Shown here piece after piece: positions 11,732-21,600 of a DNA stretch of 64,000 bases. The notes beneath the pieces were generated by a model. The model was not told the origin of the DNA and did not search any database. It saw only the letters and a list, made by a program, of their open reading frames with translations. Each line of letters opens with the position of its first letter. Position 1 is the first letter of the stretch. Position numbers and translations under genes: made by a program. The DNA is taken from the NCBI GenBank assembly GCA_044376115.1, contig JBILLK010000006.1, forward strand, positions 352,001 through 416,000, written 5' to 3'. This DNA is from Polyangiaceae bacterium (GTDB lineage: Bacteria > Myxococcota_A > Polyangia > Polyangiales > Polyangiaceae).

Positions 11732-13753
11732 ATGGTCCCACGTGAACGTATACGACGTATCCGAAACTTCGGCGTCATCGCCCATGTCGACGCCGGCAAA
11801 ACCACCTTAACCGAACGCATTCTCCACGCGACCGGCCGCATCCATACGCTCGGCTCGGTGGACGGCGGAACCACCGTAACCGACTATGATCCTCGCGAGC
11901 GTGATCGCGGAATCACCATCGGGGCGGCGGCCGTCAATGCCGTTCACCGTAACCACCTATTGACGCTGGTGGATACGCCTGGGCACGTCGACTTCCAGAT
12001 CGAGGTCGAACGCAGCCTGCGCGTGCTCGACGGCGCGGTGGTGGTGCTCGACGCGGTGGCTGGCGTCGAGGCGCAGACCGAGTCGGTGTGGGCGCAAGCC
12101 GACCGCTTCGGCGTTCCACGCATCGCCTTCATCAACAAGATCGATCGCGCCGGGGCCGACTTCGAGCAAACGCTCGCGAGCATCGTGCGCGCGTTCGACG
12201 TCGCGGCGGTTCCGCTGGTGATCCCTTCACCAGTTGCAGGGCGATTGCTGGACGTCGTCCACGAACAGGCGATCATTCTCGGTAGTGCTTCCAAGGATAG
12301 CGCCGTCCCGCTCGAGCAGGGGGAAGGCGCGCTCTTAAGGCCCTATCGCGAGCGCCTGCTTGAGCTCGTCTCCGAGGTCGCGCCAGAACTTCTGGAGGCC
12401 TATCTCGCTGATGAGGTCATCGAACCCGCGGCGCTCCTCAGCGCTTTACGCAGCGTAGTCTTGCGCAAGCGCGAGCAGCGAATCGTGCCGGTGCTTTGCG
12501 GTTCGGCCAAGGTGGGCTTGGGCGTAGATACGCTGCTCGACGCCGTGGTTGCGCTGCTACCGTCGCCGCTCGAGGCAACCTCGCCAGAGGGCGTCGACGC
12601 CGAAGCCACGGCTTTGGTCGCTTATGCCTTCAAAGGGCTACACGACGATCACGGGCAACGCGTGTTCGTCCGGGTCTACTCCGGCGTGCTCACCAAAGGC
12701 ATGACGGTACGGCTCGCACGGTCCCAACGCACAGCGCGTGTGGGGCGGCTGGTGCGGCTACTCGGTAATCAAGTGGAAGACGTTGATAGAGCAGTAGCCG
12801 GCGAGATCGTTGCGATCCTCGGCGCGCCGCTGCCTACTGGCGAGACTCTGCTGAGTGAGGCCGGAGGTCCTGCGTTGGAAGGCCTCCTGGTTCCTGAACC
12901 TGTTGTGCGTGTGGCGCTCATGCCCATGGACAACGGCTCGCGCAGTCGCTTGGGCCCGGCGCTCGGGCGGTTGATTGCGGACGACCCATCACTCTCGCTC
13001 TCTGGTGATAGCGAGACAGGCGAGACCGTGTTGGGCGGGCTGGGCGAGCTTCATCTCGAGGTTAGCTTGGCTAAGTTGGCCGACCAAAGTGGCGTCAAGC
13101 TGCGGGTCTCGCCGCCCAAGGTGGCTTATCGCGAAACCATCACGCAAGCTGCACGCGGAGAGTGCAAGTTCGTTCGGCAGAAAGGCGGCCCTGGTCAATA
13201 CGGGCACGTCGAGCTGCTGGTCGAACCGGGCGCGACCGCGTCGGGCTTTACGTTCGTGGATGCCTCGGTGGGCGGCGTCGTTCCGAAGGAGTTTGTGCCT
13301 TCGATCGAAGCTGGCGCCAAAGAGGCTGCTGCTCTCGGCGCACTGGCGGGTTATCCGCTGGTGGACCTGCGGGTCACATTGCTTGGCGGCTCATTTCACG
13401 AACAAGACTCGAATGAACTGGCCTTTGCGACGGCGGCTCGCCTGGCGTTTGCCGAGGCAGTGAAAGCCGCAGGTGCCATCTACCTCGAGCCGATCATGCT
13501 GGTGGAGGTGGTGACGCCGGAGAGCTGTCTGGGCGAGGTGCTTGGCGATCTCGGACGGCGTCGCGGCCGGGTGAGCGCCCTCGGGCGCAGAGCCACCATG
13601 CACACCGTCTCGGCGCGGGTGCCGCTATCGGAGCTGATGGGCTATGCCAACGCGCTGCGTTCGCAAAGCGAAGGGCGAGCGAGCTTTGCTATGAAGCTAG
13701 CGGGCCACGAGCCGGTTCCAGCGGTTGTGGCGCATAAGGTGCCGCAGCCATGA
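11732..13753 (+). CDS. fusA: Elongation factor G paralog (EF-G2-like, stand-alone)
   Basis: AHVDAGKTT, RGITI, DTPGHVDF, NKID, GLGELHLE, VAYRET, QKGGPGQYGHV, FHEQDS. No rpsL/rpsG/tuf neighbours. Confidence 0.9.
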   Translation: MVPRERIRRIRNFGVIAHVDAGKTTLTERILHATGRIHTLGSVDGGTTVTDYDPRERDRGITIGAAAVNAVHRNHLLTLVDTPGHVDFQIEVERSLRVLDGAVVVLDAVAGVEAQTESVWAQADRFGVPRIAFINKIDRAGADFEQTLASIVRAFDVAAVPLVIPSPVAGRLLDVVHEQAIILGSASKDSAVPLEQGEGALLRPYRERLLELVSEVAPELLEAYLADEVIEPAALLSALRSVVLRKREQRIVPVLCGSAKVGLGVDTLLDAVVALLPSPLEATSPEGVDAEATALVAYAFKGLHDDHGQRVFVRVYSGVLTKGMTVRLARSQRTARVGRLVRLLGNQVEDVDRAVAGEIVAILGAPLPTGETLLSEAGGPALEGLLVPEPVVRVALMPMDNGSRSRLGPALGRLIADDPSLSLSGDSETGETVLGGLGELHLEVSLAKLADQSGVKLRVSPPKVAYRETITQAARGECKFVRQKGGPGQYGHVELLVEPGATASGFTFVDASVGGVVPKEFVPSIEAGAKEAAALGALAGYPLVDLRVTLLGGSFHEQDSNELAFATAARLAFAEAVKAAGAIYLEPIMLVEVVTPESCLGEVLGDLGRRRGRVSALGRRATMHTVSARVPLSELMGYANALRSQSEGRASFAMKLAGHEPVPAVVAHKVPQP

Positions 13754-13832
13754 ACGAGGTCGGCGGGGTTGCGTTGTGCAGCCCCGCCGTTCTTATGGTT
13801 AGCGAGGCGGGCGAGCGAGCTACGCTTGGCCG

Positions 13833-14648
13833 ATGAAGCTTTGGTGCGCTTGGGCGGGAATGGCGCTGCTGCTGACCGCCTGTGACTCGTCGGGCAGGGC
13901 CGAGGGCGCGGGGCAAGCGCCACAGCCTACTGTTCTATCTGCGCCCATACCGACCGCCTCGGATAAGGCCGCTTTCGATAGCCCTACACCCATTGCCACG
14001 ACCTCGGCTTCATTCAGCGCTCCGGCCGCGTCGGCGTCGGGGGCTCCACCGCCAGTCAAGCGCCGCTACAGCGTGGCCGCGATGGGGGATTCACTCAGTG
14101 ACCCCAAGGCGCACGGCGGTAAGTATCTAACCTATCTAGCGGAGCAATGCCCGCTCAGTCGCTTCGAGAGCTGGGGTAAGGGCGGTAACATGGTGAGCCA
14201 GATGCGCAAGCGCTTTGCGCGGGATGTACTCGGAGAGGGCCAGAGCGAGCCGCGGAGTTACACGCACGTGATCGTGCTTGGCGGTATTGCCGATATTGGC
14301 TCCAATGAAACCGCCAATCGCACCCTGCCGAAGATTCAAGCCGACCTCTCGGAGATGTACCGGCTTGCCCAGGAGGCTGGGCTCGAGGTGGTTGCGCTGA
14401 CCATCCCGCCGTGGGGCAGCTATCACACCTACAACGATGAGCGACACAGCATGATGCTCGCGATGAACGCCTGGTTATTGGCGAAGCCCAAGAACGTAGA
14501 GCAGGTGGTGGACGTGTATCCGTTGCTCGTATGCGGTCAGCGTGAGTTGTGCGAGAAGTACGCCGCAGATACCATTCACTGGAACGCCAAGGCGCATAAC
14601 CTCGTGGGCGAAGTGCTTCACAAGCAGGTGTTTAGCGACTGTGAGTGA
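13833..14648 (+). CDS. SGNH/GDSL hydrolase lipoprotein
   Basis: Lipobox LTAC, GDSL motif, DTIHW catalytic DxxH. Confidence 0.85.
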   Translation: MKLWCAWAGMALLLTACDSSGRAEGAGQAPQPTVLSAPIPTASDKAAFDSPTPIATTSASFSAPAASASGAPPPVKRRYSVAAMGDSLSDPKAHGGKYLTYLAEQCPLSRFESWGKGGNMVSQMRKRFARDVLGEGQSEPRSYTHVIVLGGIADIGSNETANRTLPKIQADLSEMYRLAQEAGLEVVALTIPPWGSYHTYNDERHSMMLAMNAWLLAKPKNVEQVVDVYPLLVCGQRELCEKYAADTIHWNAKAHNLVGEVLHKQVFSDCE

Positions 14649-14665
14649 GGCAGGGGAGCAAGGGC

Positions 14666-15868
14666 TCAATCCCAAGCGAACACCACGCCCTCCGGCGTCG
14701 GCAGGCCGAGGCCACGCACGGGATCATGGGTGAGGTCCGGGACCGCGTGCTTGAGAAGTAGCTCGCGAATGGTGCTCAGCGGGACCTCGGCCCAGGCGTA
14801 TTGCTCAATGTAGGAGAAGGATTCGCGGTAGTCGCGCCGCTTTGCGCGAGCGGCGACGAGGGCCGGGTCGGCCAAGGCCGCTTCGTACTCGCGTTGGCCC
14901 AAGCCGATGATGTGATGAAGTAGATCGTTGAGGCTGTCGTCCCCGGCTGGAATCTGCTCCCCGGAGCGCTCCTCGTAGGTCTCCACCTGCTGCTTGAGTT
15001 GCCTTTTCAACTCGTATCTACGGGCCGCGAAGGCAAGCTGTTCTTCGGCGTTCAACAGTCTAGCGAGGGTAGGTCCGAGCTCGGACGCTGACGCTCCGGC
15101 TTGCCAGTCAAGGGCGTCAACGATCGGCCAGAAGCGCGCTTCCGATAACGGTGTCGGACTAGGCAGTGCAAGGCTCGCCGCCGTTCGAAAGGCGTCGCTC
15201 GGATCGCTCCAGGTCGCCTCGTGCGAGGCCAAGGTGCGCTCGCCGTCGGCAAACAGGATTCGCATCGGATCGTCGGGTTGGGATCGCACGACGCCGTAGC
15301 CAAAGCTTGGATGGCAAACGATGGTGAGGGACTCGGGCGCGCTTTCGACTTTGCGCAGGGCCACAGCGACGACTAACGCTTCGAGGTCCGCGTCCGTAGC
15401 GGCTCGAATCAGCACCTCCACCAGATTGAAGGCAAAGCCGGTCTCGACGTGCGGCTGGAAGCCAGGCGTCGATAGAAGCTCGAGGGCGAGCGTGGGATTG
15501 GCCAGCGCTGCGCGATAGTAGGCTTCACCCTGCAATGGGAGGTAACTCGCAAGGTGGTAGGGGTTGAGCGTGCTCGGCATGGCGTCTCGGTGAGGATAAA
15601 GGGCGAGGCTAAAGGCTTGCGACAGGGAAGCGTAGGTGCCCATGATGGCGAAGCAGTCAACGAAGCCAAAGCGCTCGCGAACACGCTCGACGGCCACTTC
15701 CGCGTGTTCGTAGAGCTCGAGCTCGTCCCACTCGGGCAACGGATTGGGCCAGTCTACGAGCTCGAGGAACTCCCAGAACTCTGGTTCCTTGTCCTCGAGG
15801 AGTTGCCGATGGTTGAGGTGCAGGCTGGTGGCCAAGGCCTCTCGCAAGGGGGCTGTCATGAAGCGCAT
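14666..15868 (-). CDS. Hypothetical protein with C-terminal DUF4240-like domain
   Basis: EARFWPIVDALDW...GDDSLNDLLHHIIGLGQREYE..YRESFSY resembles DUF4240. Start trimmed to avoid overlap with the divergent gene. Confidence 0.55.
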   Translation of the reverse strand: MRFMTAPLREALATSLHLNHRQLLEDKEPEFWEFLELVDWPNPLPEWDELELYEHAEVAVERVRERFGFVDCFAIMGTYASLSQAFSLALYPHRDAMPSTLNPYHLASYLPLQGEAYYRAALANPTLALELLSTPGFQPHVETGFAFNLVEVLIRAATDADLEALVVAVALRKVESAPESLTIVCHPSFGYGVVRSQPDDPMRILFADGERTLASHEATWSDPSDAFRTAASLALPSPTPLSEARFWPIVDALDWQAGASASELGPTLARLLNAEEQLAFAARRYELKRQLKQQVETYEERSGEQIPAGDDSLNDLLHHIIGLGQREYEAALADPALVAARAKRRDYRESFSYIEQYAWAEVPLSTIRELLLKHAVPDLTHDPVRGLGLPTPEGVVFAWD

Positions 15869-15938
15869 TGGCGGCAGGGTCGCATTGGTAGCGCACCGTG
15901 AGCGACCATCTTCGCCCTTTGAGTGGTAAGGATCAGCT

Positions 15939-17675
15939 ATGCCTCTACCGCGTAGTTTGGTCTGGCTGCTCGCTGCCCAAGGTGTCGTATTGGGCTGCGC
16001 GGATGACGGCGCTGGTGGCAGCGGAGCGGTAGTCGGTGCAGGGGGCTCGGGTGCGGGCGCTGCCAGCGGCGGATCGAGCAATACGGGGCCTGTGCTGAGC
16101 TGCGACCTGGGCTGCGGCCAGGAGCTGGTATGCGATCTGGAGTCGGGCCAGTGCAAGAAGGAGGGGCTAACGGTCGTGGTCGCCGCCGACGGTACCAAGC
16201 TCTCGACCTGGGTGGCGTTGCCGCAGGACGTACCGGCGGAGGGCGTGCCGGCGCTCCTGAGTCGCACGCCGTACGGTTCGCCCTACAGCGAGGTGAACGA
16301 GGAGTTTTATCGGGATATGGGGCGCGTGCATACGGCGCGCGGTTACGCCTATGTGCTGCAAGACGTCCGTGGGCGCGGTAAGTCGGAGGGCGAGTTCATC
16401 CCGGAGACGTACGAGATCGTCGACGGCCGAACCACCAGCGAGTGGATGGCCGCCCAGCCCTGGTCGAACGGGCGGCTCGGCACGATCGGAGGTTCGTATC
16501 TTGGCTATACGGCGTTGGCCGCGGCGGTTGATAACCCGCTGGTGCAGGTGGTGATCGCCGATGACCCTTCCAACGACGAGCGCACCACGCGCCCAGGCGG
16601 AACGGTGTGGACGTACACCTTGGGCTGGGTGCACTACCTGGAGAACGCTAGCCTTCCACCGCAACAGGCCTATCTGGAGCTACCGGACGAGCAGGATCTG
16701 ATGTCGGCCGACAGCTTCTTGCTCGGCCATGACCTGCCCTATTGGAACGAGATCCTGCTGCACGAAGACATCGGCCCTTGGCCGGCGGGTTCCCTGGACC
16801 TGGTGGCCGAGGACGTGTGCGTGCCGACGCTTTTCGTCTATTCGTCGACGACGCTTTGGCGCGACCCGTTGACCGCCTATCGCGCGTTCCGCGATCTCGG
16901 CTGCCCGGAGCGTGCAGCCGAGCAGCGTCTGGTGATGACGCACGATCCGCACGTCTACCATCTCTCGTCGCTTGGCTATGAGGAGACGCCGGTGACCGAG
17001 CTGATGTTTGCGACGTTGGATAATTATTTAAAGGCCGACGGGGCTCCGCTGCCGAACGCCCCGGTGATTCTCAATGCTCCGGGGGAGTCGGAGTACCTCG
17101 ATGCCGCGGTGTACCCCGCGGCTGGCGAACGCGTGCTCTTTCTTGGAAGTGGCACGCTGGCGGACACTGCATCCGCTCCGAGCTCCGTGTCGCTCGAGTC
17201 GGATCCGGAGACGATGAGCCCATGCGGAGGGACGTACCCATACCTCGAGTTCGCTAGCGAACCGCTCAGCGATTCGATGTTGGTGTTGGGCGAACCGACG
17301 CTCACGCTAACCGTCAATACCGCCCTGGCCGACTTCGACCTGTTTGCCTCGCTTTACGAGTTCAATCCGGCGATCGAGGGAGGCGGGCGATTCGTCCAGA
17401 TCGGTTCGCAGCGAGCCACCTACCGCGAAGGCACCTCCCCCTCGGCGTTGCCTGGCGAAGGGGTGGACGTCCCGATCACGATCGAGCTTCTGCCCGTAGC
17501 CCATCGGGTTCTAGTCGGCTCGCAGTTGGTGCTTTATCTGAGTACGGCGGATTGTGTCGCCTTCGAGAACCCGCAGAGCGGTGAGCCTGCCTGGGCGCAG
17601 ACCGAGCAGGTGGCAGGCGAGCTCGTGCTCCGGCTCGATGCCAATAGCCGTTTGAGCCTGCCCCTGCTCGAGTAG
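15939..17675 (+). CDS. CocE/NonD family (peptidase S15) serine hydrolase lipoprotein
   Basis: RTPY, QDVRGRGKSEG, QPWSNGRLG, nucleophile GGSYLG, and a C-terminal PepX-like beta domain. Confidence 0.88.
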   Translation: MPLPRSLVWLLAAQGVVLGCADDGAGGSGAVVGAGGSGAGAASGGSSNTGPVLSCDLGCGQELVCDLESGQCKKEGLTVVVAADGTKLSTWVALPQDVPAEGVPALLSRTPYGSPYSEVNEEFYRDMGRVHTARGYAYVLQDVRGRGKSEGEFIPETYEIVDGRTTSEWMAAQPWSNGRLGTIGGSYLGYTALAAAVDNPLVQVVIADDPSNDERTTRPGGTVWTYTLGWVHYLENASLPPQQAYLELPDEQDLMSADSFLLGHDLPYWNEILLHEDIGPWPAGSLDLVAEDVCVPTLFVYSSTTLWRDPLTAYRAFRDLGCPERAAEQRLVMTHDPHVYHLSSLGYEETPVTELMFATLDNYLKADGAPLPNAPVILNAPGESEYLDAAVYPAAGERVLFLGSGTLADTASAPSSVSLESDPETMSPCGGTYPYLEFASEPLSDSMLVLGEPTLTLTVNTALADFDLFASLYEFNPAIEGGGRFVQIGSQRATYREGTSPSALPGEGVDVPITIELLPVAHRVLVGSQLVLYLSTADCVAFENPQSGEPAWAQTEQVAGELVLRLDANSRLSLPLLE

Positions 17676-17686
17676 TCGTGGCCTGC

Positions 17687-18787
17687 CTATCTGACGGTGG
17701 GCAACGCTCGGCCTTTGCGGCCGGCGCGCGGAGGTGCTTTCGGCTCGGTGGCGATCAATCGCGTGGCCAGATCAATCCCACGATCGACGAGCTCCTCGGC
17801 TGCCGCTTTCAGTTCGTCATTGGCCTGTACGCTCTCCACGTTGCGGGCCATGTCCTCAGCCGTCCAGCCGCGCGAATGAGCGATATACGGAAACTGCGGG
17901 AACTGACAGCCGAGCTCACCGAAGAAGCCGAGCATTTGCCCGGCGACGGCCTGCACGTTGTCTTGCCCACCGGTGATGATGGCGCCGACGACTTTATTCT
18001 GCAGTAGCACCTTGCCCGAGATGGTGACCTGGTTCTGAATACAGTTCATTCGCTCTACCATTTTAAAGTAGAGGCTGCTGGCTGCGCCCCAGCGGATGGG
18101 CGTGGCCACCATGAAGACGTCGCCCCAGTGCACGAGCGCTTCGTAGACTTGGTCCAATTGGTCATTGGGGTCCATCTGGGTAATCGAGCAGGGCCAGGTG
18201 CAGGCGCGCGCACCCTTGGAGTAAAAGCCCTCGCAGGCGCGAAAGTTGAGGTCGCGCAGGCGCACCATGCGCGTCTCGTGGCCTTGCGCCTCTGCGTGCT
18301 TGAGCGCCGCCTCCAGCAGATACTCGGAGGTTGAAAAGCGCGGATAGTCCTTTTGCATCACCGTGGTGGAGAAGCCAACCACCCGCGGTTTGCCCGCTAG
18401 CCGCTCGACGGGGCGGGCCAGCGGGTGCGGCTCGTGCGGCTTCTTGGCGCGCTTTACATGCGGCTTGCTGCCGACCTGCACACGGCCCTCGACCACCCGC
18501 ACGTGATAGGCGGGGACCACGTCCTCCTCGAAGCCGCGCTCGCCATGCCCTTCCACGCGGTGAAAGCGCCACTGATGCCACGGACAGACGACGAAGTCGC
18601 CCTCCAGGGTGCCTTTCCCGAGCGGTCCGCCAGCGTGATTGCAGGCCCCGTGGATGGCGCCAAAGAGCCCATCCTTGAAGGTCAGCGCCACACGGGTGCT
18701 ACCGACCGTTACTTGCTGAACCTCGCTCAGGGCAAGCTCTGCCGCTGCCCCGACGTCGACCCATTCTTCAGCGCTGTCTTGCGTCAT
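17687..18787 (-). CDS. Rieske [2Fe-2S] domain fused to flavodoxin-like NAD(P)H-dependent FMN reductase / iron-sulfur flavoprotein
   Basis: Rieske ligands CNHAGG and CPWHQW, then STSE, CEGFYSK..CTWPC and ATPIRWG. Confidence 0.85.
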   Translation of the reverse strand: MTQDSAEEWVDVGAAAELALSEVQQVTVGSTRVALTFKDGLFGAIHGACNHAGGPLGKGTLEGDFVVCPWHQWRFHRVEGHGERGFEEDVVPAYHVRVVEGRVQVGSKPHVKRAKKPHEPHPLARPVERLAGKPRVVGFSTTVMQKDYPRFSTSEYLLEAALKHAEAQGHETRMVRLRDLNFRACEGFYSKGARACTWPCSITQMDPNDQLDQVYEALVHWGDVFMVATPIRWGAASSLYFKMVERMNCIQNQVTISGKVLLQNKVVGAIITGGQDNVQAVAGQMLGFFGELGCQFPQFPYIAHSRGWTAEDMARNVESVQANDELKAAAEELVDRGIDLATRLIATEPKAPPRAGRKGRALPTVR

Positions 18788-18844
18788 GCGGCGCAGGATA
18801 GGGCATTGCCTGCGTTCAAGGTCGCGACTAGGTCGCGTTCGGTG

Positions 18845-19480
18845 GTGAACACACCGTTGAATCCGGCGCTCGAGGCCGCGTTTGTTCGTTGGGAGCAAGA
18901 GGGCCCATCCGGAGATGAGGCTCACCGCGAGCGGCTGAAGAAGCTCGCGGACGCTGTCGATAAGCAGCTCCGTGAGCGAGGCAAGGTGGACCTCGTCTTC
19001 GTGTGTACCCACAATTCGCGCAGGAGCCACATGACGCAGCTCTTGGCCCTCGCAGCCGCGCAGCGGCTCGGGGTCGTTGGGTTGCGTACCTTCTCGGGGG
19101 GAACCGAGGCTACGGCCTTCAACCCGCGGGCGATCGCGGCTCTGTCTCGGCTTGGCTTCGAGCTGAGCTCGGGAGAGAGCACGAACCCCAAGGTGAAGGT
19201 GCGCTTCAGCCCAGTCGCCGAGCCCGTGGAGGCCTTCTCCAAGAAGTACGCCGATCCGCCCAACCCGGAGAAAGACTTCGTGGTGGTGATGACGTGTTCG
19301 CAGGCCGACGGTTCATGCCCATTCGTTGTTGGAGCGCTTTCACGCGTGGCTATCCCCTACGAGGACCCCAAGGTCGCCGATGGAACTCCGGAGGAAGCGG
19401 CGCGCTACGACGAGCGCGCCAACCAGATCGGTCGGGATATGGCCTGGGTCTTCCGCCAGGCGCGGCAGCCTCGAGAGTGA
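18845..19480 (+). CDS. LMW protein-tyrosine-phosphatase / thioredoxin-type arsenate reductase
   Basis: P-loop CTHNSRRS, SGGTE, MTCSQADGSCP, YEDPK. GTG start estimated. Confidence 0.85.
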   Translation: MNTPLNPALEAAFVRWEQEGPSGDEAHRERLKKLADAVDKQLRERGKVDLVFVCTHNSRRSHMTQLLALAAAQRLGVVGLRTFSGGTEATAFNPRAIAALSRLGFELSSGESTNPKVKVRFSPVAEPVEAFSKKYADPPNPEKDFVVVMTCSQADGSCPFVVGALSRVAIPYEDPKVADGTPEEAARYDERANQIGRDMAWVFRQARQPRE

Positions 19481-19533
19481 CCGGAGCGCGCGCTTCGTTC
19501 ACTCGAACGATCGGCTCTGCTACTTTGCCCGCG

Positions 19534-20448
19534 ATGGTCCGAACGATTGGTTCACGCGAGGCGCAGGCTCTGATGGACGCTGGCACGGTGGCGCTCGTGG
19601 ACGTGCGCGAGCCGAGTGAGTTTGCGACGGGACACCTGCCCGGCGCGCGGCTCGTTCCGCTCGGTGATTTGAAGCAAAACTTCGCGGCGGCCGGTCTCAA
19701 GGGGCCGGTGTTGTTCGTGTGCGCCAAAGGCGGTCGCAGCAACACCGCCGCTGAGCTCGCGCTGGCCAACGGCCTATCGGAGGTCTACAGCTTGGCCGGA
19801 GGTACCTCCGGATGGATTGCCGAGGGCCACCGAGTCGAGACGCCGGCCCAGCCGGTCGCGCCCGCCGCTCCGTCGGTGAGCCCCGAGGAAGTGCCAGCCG
19901 AGTTCGACGTGATCGTCGGCGAGAACGTACGCAAGCTGCGCACCCAGCGCGGCTACTCGCTCGACATCCTGGCCGGAATGAGCGGCGTGGGGCGGCAGAC
20001 CTTGGGCCAGATCGAGCTTGGGCGCACGGTGCCGAGCGTGAGCACCTTGTGGAAGATCGCCACGGCGTTCGAGGTGCCGTTCTCGGTCCTGTTGGCGCAG
20101 CCGGGAACGACCGCAACCAAGGTCTTGCGGCAGGCCCAGGCCAAACGGCTGGTGAGCGCGGATGGGCGTTTCTCATCGCGCGCGCTGTTTCCTTCGGAAG
20201 GGAAGGGCAAGGTCGAGTTCTACGAGCTTTGGCTGGCCGGCTACGGCCGCGAGGACGCGGAGCCGCACGCGCCGGGAACCCGGGAGAACCTGATTGTTAC
20301 GGCCGGCAAGTTGGTGCTCGAGGTGGGCAAAGAGTCATATGAGCTCGGCAAAGGGGACGCGATCGTGTTCTCCGCGGACGTCGCTCATTCCTATCGCAAC
20401 CCAGCATCCGAGGAGTGTTGGATGAACCTGGTGATGACGTACGGCTGA
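19534..20448 (+). CDS. Rhodanese - XRE HTH - cupin fusion transcriptional regulator
   Basis: Rhodanese (VDVREPSEFATGHLPGA, CAKGGRS, LAGGTSGW), HTH (ENVRKLR..LGQIELGRTVPSVSTLWKIA) and cupin (EPHAPGTRE..F.ADVAHSY.N). Confidence 0.88.
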   Translation: MVRTIGSREAQALMDAGTVALVDVREPSEFATGHLPGARLVPLGDLKQNFAAAGLKGPVLFVCAKGGRSNTAAELALANGLSEVYSLAGGTSGWIAEGHRVETPAQPVAPAAPSVSPEEVPAEFDVIVGENVRKLRTQRGYSLDILAGMSGVGRQTLGQIELGRTVPSVSTLWKIATAFEVPFSVLLAQPGTTATKVLRQAQAKRLVSADGRFSSRALFPSEGKGKVEFYELWLAGYGREDAEPHAPGTRENLIVTAGKLVLEVGKESYELGKGDAIVFSADVAHSYRNPASEECWMNLVMTYG

Positions 20449-20499
20449 GGGAAGGCTGGCCTGCAGACGCCCTTTTGCAGCGTGAGTCCTTCTGCAGGG

Positions 20500-21531
20500 T
20501 CAGCCTTGGTGAAGCTCCGCTTTGGCGATCACCTCGAGCGAGGCGAGCTTGCTCGAGAGATCGAGGGCCAGGGCGGTTTGCGCCCGGCTGCGTGCGAGGT
20601 TGTGGTCGCCCCGGGTAGCGTAGCGGGCAGCGTCGAAGCCGAAATAGCGCTCCTCCAGCGTGTCGGTCAAAAAGCGCAGGGCCAGCTCGACCGAGATGGT
20701 CAGCACTCCGCGCGGCAAGAGTGCAACTTCGTCGGCGGGCACGCGGGCACCTGAGGAGGCGTAGCCGCTCAGCGCCAAACGAAAGGTGTCCGGGTTGAAG
20801 CTGCTGTCGCTCGAGTCTTCGGCGCCTCGGTTACACCAGCTGCGCAGCGCATCTCCCAGCTCGAACACCCACATCATCGACGCCACCGTGTCGAGATCCA
20901 CCAGAGCGAGCCCGTGCTCGCCTGCAAAGAGAAGGTTGGCGGCCTTCAGGTCGCCATGCGCATGACGGCTAGGCGTGGCTCCCAGCTGCAGCGTCTGTTG
21001 CAGTAGCGGCTCGAGCCGAGCGAACACGGCGCGCACCTCGGCAAGCAGTCGATGCGAAGCGTGGGTGCCCTCGGCTTCACGGTAACCGCGCTCGCGAAAG
21101 GCCAGATCATGAATGCCCTTTCGCACGTGCACGTACTCATGTTCGAAGTCGCTGAGCGCCGCGTGAAATGCACCCACCATGCGCCCGGCTTCACGCACGT
21201 GCGTGGCGGAGGGGAAGCGCTCGTAGGAAACCCCGTCCAAGAAGCTGAGCATGCGCCACACGTGCCCGTCTTCGTCGGTTTGCCAAAGCTCACCGCCGTC
21301 GCTCGGGATGAGGCGCAGCGTTGTCACGCCTTTGCTGGCGAGGTGCTCCGTCACGGCCGCGATATCTACGTGTACGCTGGCTTTGAAGGTCGGGTGGAGC
21401 CGCTGGACGATCACGGTGCGCCCCGTAAGCTCGGCGCGAAAGGTCTGGTTGATGAGCCCACTGCCGTACCGCTCGGCTTCGGCAGAGAGACCTTGCCACG
21501 CGCTCAGGATGGGGGCGGGGAGCTTGACCAT
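20500..21531 (-). CDS. Aminoglycoside phosphotransferase / N-acetylhexosamine kinase-like phosphotransferase
   Basis: GLINQTF, HGDLKAANLLF, DLDT, ELGDALRSW. Confidence 0.82.
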   Translation of the reverse strand: MVKLPAPILSAWQGLSAEAERYGSGLINQTFRAELTGRTVIVQRLHPTFKASVHVDIAAVTEHLASKGVTTLRLIPSDGGELWQTDEDGHVWRMLSFLDGVSYERFPSATHVREAGRMVGAFHAALSDFEHEYVHVRKGIHDLAFRERGYREAEGTHASHRLLAEVRAVFARLEPLLQQTLQLGATPSRHAHGDLKAANLLFAGEHGLALVDLDTVASMMWVFELGDALRSWCNRGAEDSSDSSFNPDTFRLALSGYASSGARVPADEVALLPRGVLTISVELALRFLTDTLEERYFGFDAARYATRGDHNLARSRAQTALALDLSSKLASLEVIAKAELHQG

Positions 21532-21600
21532 GGCGCACGTTACACCGGCCCGGGCGTGCTGAAACAGCGCTGAGTGGCCCCTGCCGTGTCGAAGTAGCGC

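Noticed and set aside
11732..13753. TetM/TetO ribosomal protection protein
   Set aside because: Domain IV motifs QKGGPGQYGHV and FHEQDS are EF-G-like.
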